Shown here piece after piece: positions 61,931 to 64,000 of a stretch of DNA of 64,000 bases (position 1 is its first letter; each line of letters starts with the position of its first letter). A program made the translations under genes and the position numbers. This stretch comes from Antedon mediterranea (Eukaryota; Animalia; Echinodermata): contig NC_092680.1 of the NCBI RefSeq assembly GCF_964355755.1, positions 21,709,045 to 21,773,044 on the forward strand. The letters run 5' to 3'. A model generated the notes under the pieces. The model saw nothing but the letters and a program-made list of their open reading frames with translations, did not search any database and was not told the origin of the DNA.

Positions 61931-63375
61931 ATGTTGCGTTTGGTTTACTTAACATTGCTGTATTTTTCGCTAAATATCAAACAAATTGATTGCGCTAAGG
62001 AACGTACGTACTTTTTGGCGGCCGATGAAATCATATGGGACTACGTTCCGACTGGAAAGAATGTTGTAACAAATACGTCACTCCCACCAAGGTTAGTCTA
62101 AACTTTCTTAGCAAAGAAATAAGATAAGTACCATTACATAGCACGCGCCATGTGGTACATCACAGGGCTTACTTCTTTTAGGCCGTGGTGTCTGTACTGT
62201 ATAAAACCATGGAGTAATTTACTCCATGATAAACTATGATAAATAATAACATTTTCCCACAGTTGGGAAATATTATAATACAAGTATTGAATATGAAGTC
62301 ATGGAGGAAGGCTAATAATTCTAAAGCTCTGTCTATACACTATCAGATTTAGATGACAAAAAATTTGTGATATGCCAATATATGGACATGATGCTGTCAT
62401 ATAATCACTACTATATTTGGGCACATCACACTTTTTTGGTCAAATTAGTTTTATAGTGTAGACAGAGCTTTACGCAGTTGCATATTCATACCTGGAAACT
62501 AATAACAAAACAAAAACTTAATTTTTTAGCGAAAATGGAATTGGAACAATATTTAGGAAAGTGGTGTACAGAGCATATAGTGATGATACATTTACAGCGG
62601 CTCTAGAGCATCCTGATTGGCTGGGATATCTTGGACCAATCATCTATGCAGAAGTGGGAGAAACGATCATCATTCACTTTAAAAACAACGCTACAAAAGC
62701 AGTCAGTCTTCACCCCCATGGGGTCTTTTATAACAAAGACTCTGAAGGTAAGCTCAATTGTTTCAAAATAAAACTACTCCACAAAGAAGATTGGTTGGAG
62801 GAGTGGGCGTGGTGGGGGTAAAGAGGCCCACTCTACTCCCTTTTGACAGATTGTTTCAATAATATACTCCACAAATAAGGGGGTCGGTGATCCAGGGACC
62901 CATACTCTTTGCCCATTTGTGACAGCTTTTTTTTTGTTTACAAATATTATTCCAAAAAGAAGGCAGGGCCAGGGATGTAATTAAGTTAATAAGTCTAAGA
63001 ATTTCAGCTGGTGTTGTTTGAAAGAGGACGTAGGTTATTGAGATTACTACAACATCATCAACATCAAATAAGGTTACACAGTCTTTGCAGTCTTTGTTTG
63101 GTAAAATTTGATTCAAAATAATCATTATCTGAGATACTTAAGCATAAGTTATTTCTCATTAGGAGCACTTTACGTGGATGGTACAAAAGGTAAAGACAAG
63201 TTAGATGATGATATTCCACCAAATGGAGAATACAAATACACATGGATTGCTAACGAGAGAGCTGGTCCAGCTAATGATGATACTAACTGCATACCGTGGA
63301 TGTACCATTCACATATCAAAAGTCCACACGGAACAAATAGCGGCCTTGTTGGGTCAATGATCATTTGCAGAAAAG
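61931..63375 (+). CDS. Multicopper oxidase, hephaestin/ceruloplasmin-like (5' partial; continues beyond the window)
   Basis: Exons 61931-62091, 62530-62747, 63163-63375: signal peptide, RTYFLAADEIIWDYVP, LGYLGPIIYAEVGE, SLHPHGVFYNKDSEGALY, CIPWMYHSH. Confidence 0.92.
62325..62469. mobile_element. MITE family A
   Basis: agctctgtctatacactatc...tagtgtagacagagct. Confidence 0.82.
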
Positions 63376-64000
63376 GTTGGTATCAATTTTTTTCTTTTTC
63401 TTGTTGCACTCAACTTTAAATTGAATAATCAAATAAGGCATAGTTTTATGTTTGTTTTGGTTTTTTTTATTTTTTAACTTTGTATGTGCAATAAGTTAGT
63501 CCTGCACTAAATAAATATTTTCAACATGAAGATGACTAATATGGTAACAGCTACCAATATTTAGATTGATCAATAATAAGTTTGTTTGACTCGGCCTGAG
63601 TATGAAGAAGCTGCTCCAGTCCTCCAATGTATTTTTTTAGTTTTCAAGATTGCATGATGTATAATTTTTTCTCTCAATGTTTCTTAAGTCTAAGCAGACC
63701 AGGAAACAAGGTTAAGTACAAGAGTATTTTAGCATTATTGTATTTCTATGAACTTGCTGCACTTCATAGATAACAAGTACTTCAGTTATTTTTAGGTCAA
63801 ACAATAACTTTTTAACAATAAAAAAAAAGTACCTGAATAATCTGTTATGCAAAACAGTAACACAACCAGGAAGGAGTGAACAAATAAAGTAATACTTTTC
63901 AAAACATGTACTACTTCCTTTTGTTTCTTCATCTAAGTTTGGCACCTTTCCATTTTATAATAGTAGGCCTATTCTATTTCTAGAGAAAGTGATTTTCAAC

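Overview
AT-rich, intron-rich animal genomic DNA; gene content and repeats suggest a marine invertebrate, possibly an echinoderm (inference). Ten spliced genes can be assembled from GT-AG exons. In order: a CABIT+SAM adaptor (GAREM/THEMIS-like, -), PPP1R8/NIPP1 (+), a small secreted permuted-papain (PPPDE-like) peptidase (+), IQANK1-like (+), a divergent TPMT (-), RCC1 (+), WASHC5/strumpellin (+), a short phytochelatin-synthase-like gene (-), mitochondrial threonine dehydrogenase (+) and the 5' part of a hephaestin/ceruloplasmin-like multicopper oxidase (+). Introns hold two large satellites, a non-autonomous hAT element and a Helitron that both landed in one minisatellite, two Harbinger-type MITE families (one copy with a nested element), tRNA- and 5S-derived SINE-like elements, and a frameshifted antisense TRIM-NHL pseudogene. 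The most unusual items are the signal-peptide-bearing PPPDE-like enzyme, a PCS homolog that keeps the catalytic triad but lacks the ARFKY-type substrate motif, and a minisatellite built from the NIPP1 C-terminal codons plus stop. Exon boundaries were read by eye and are approximate.
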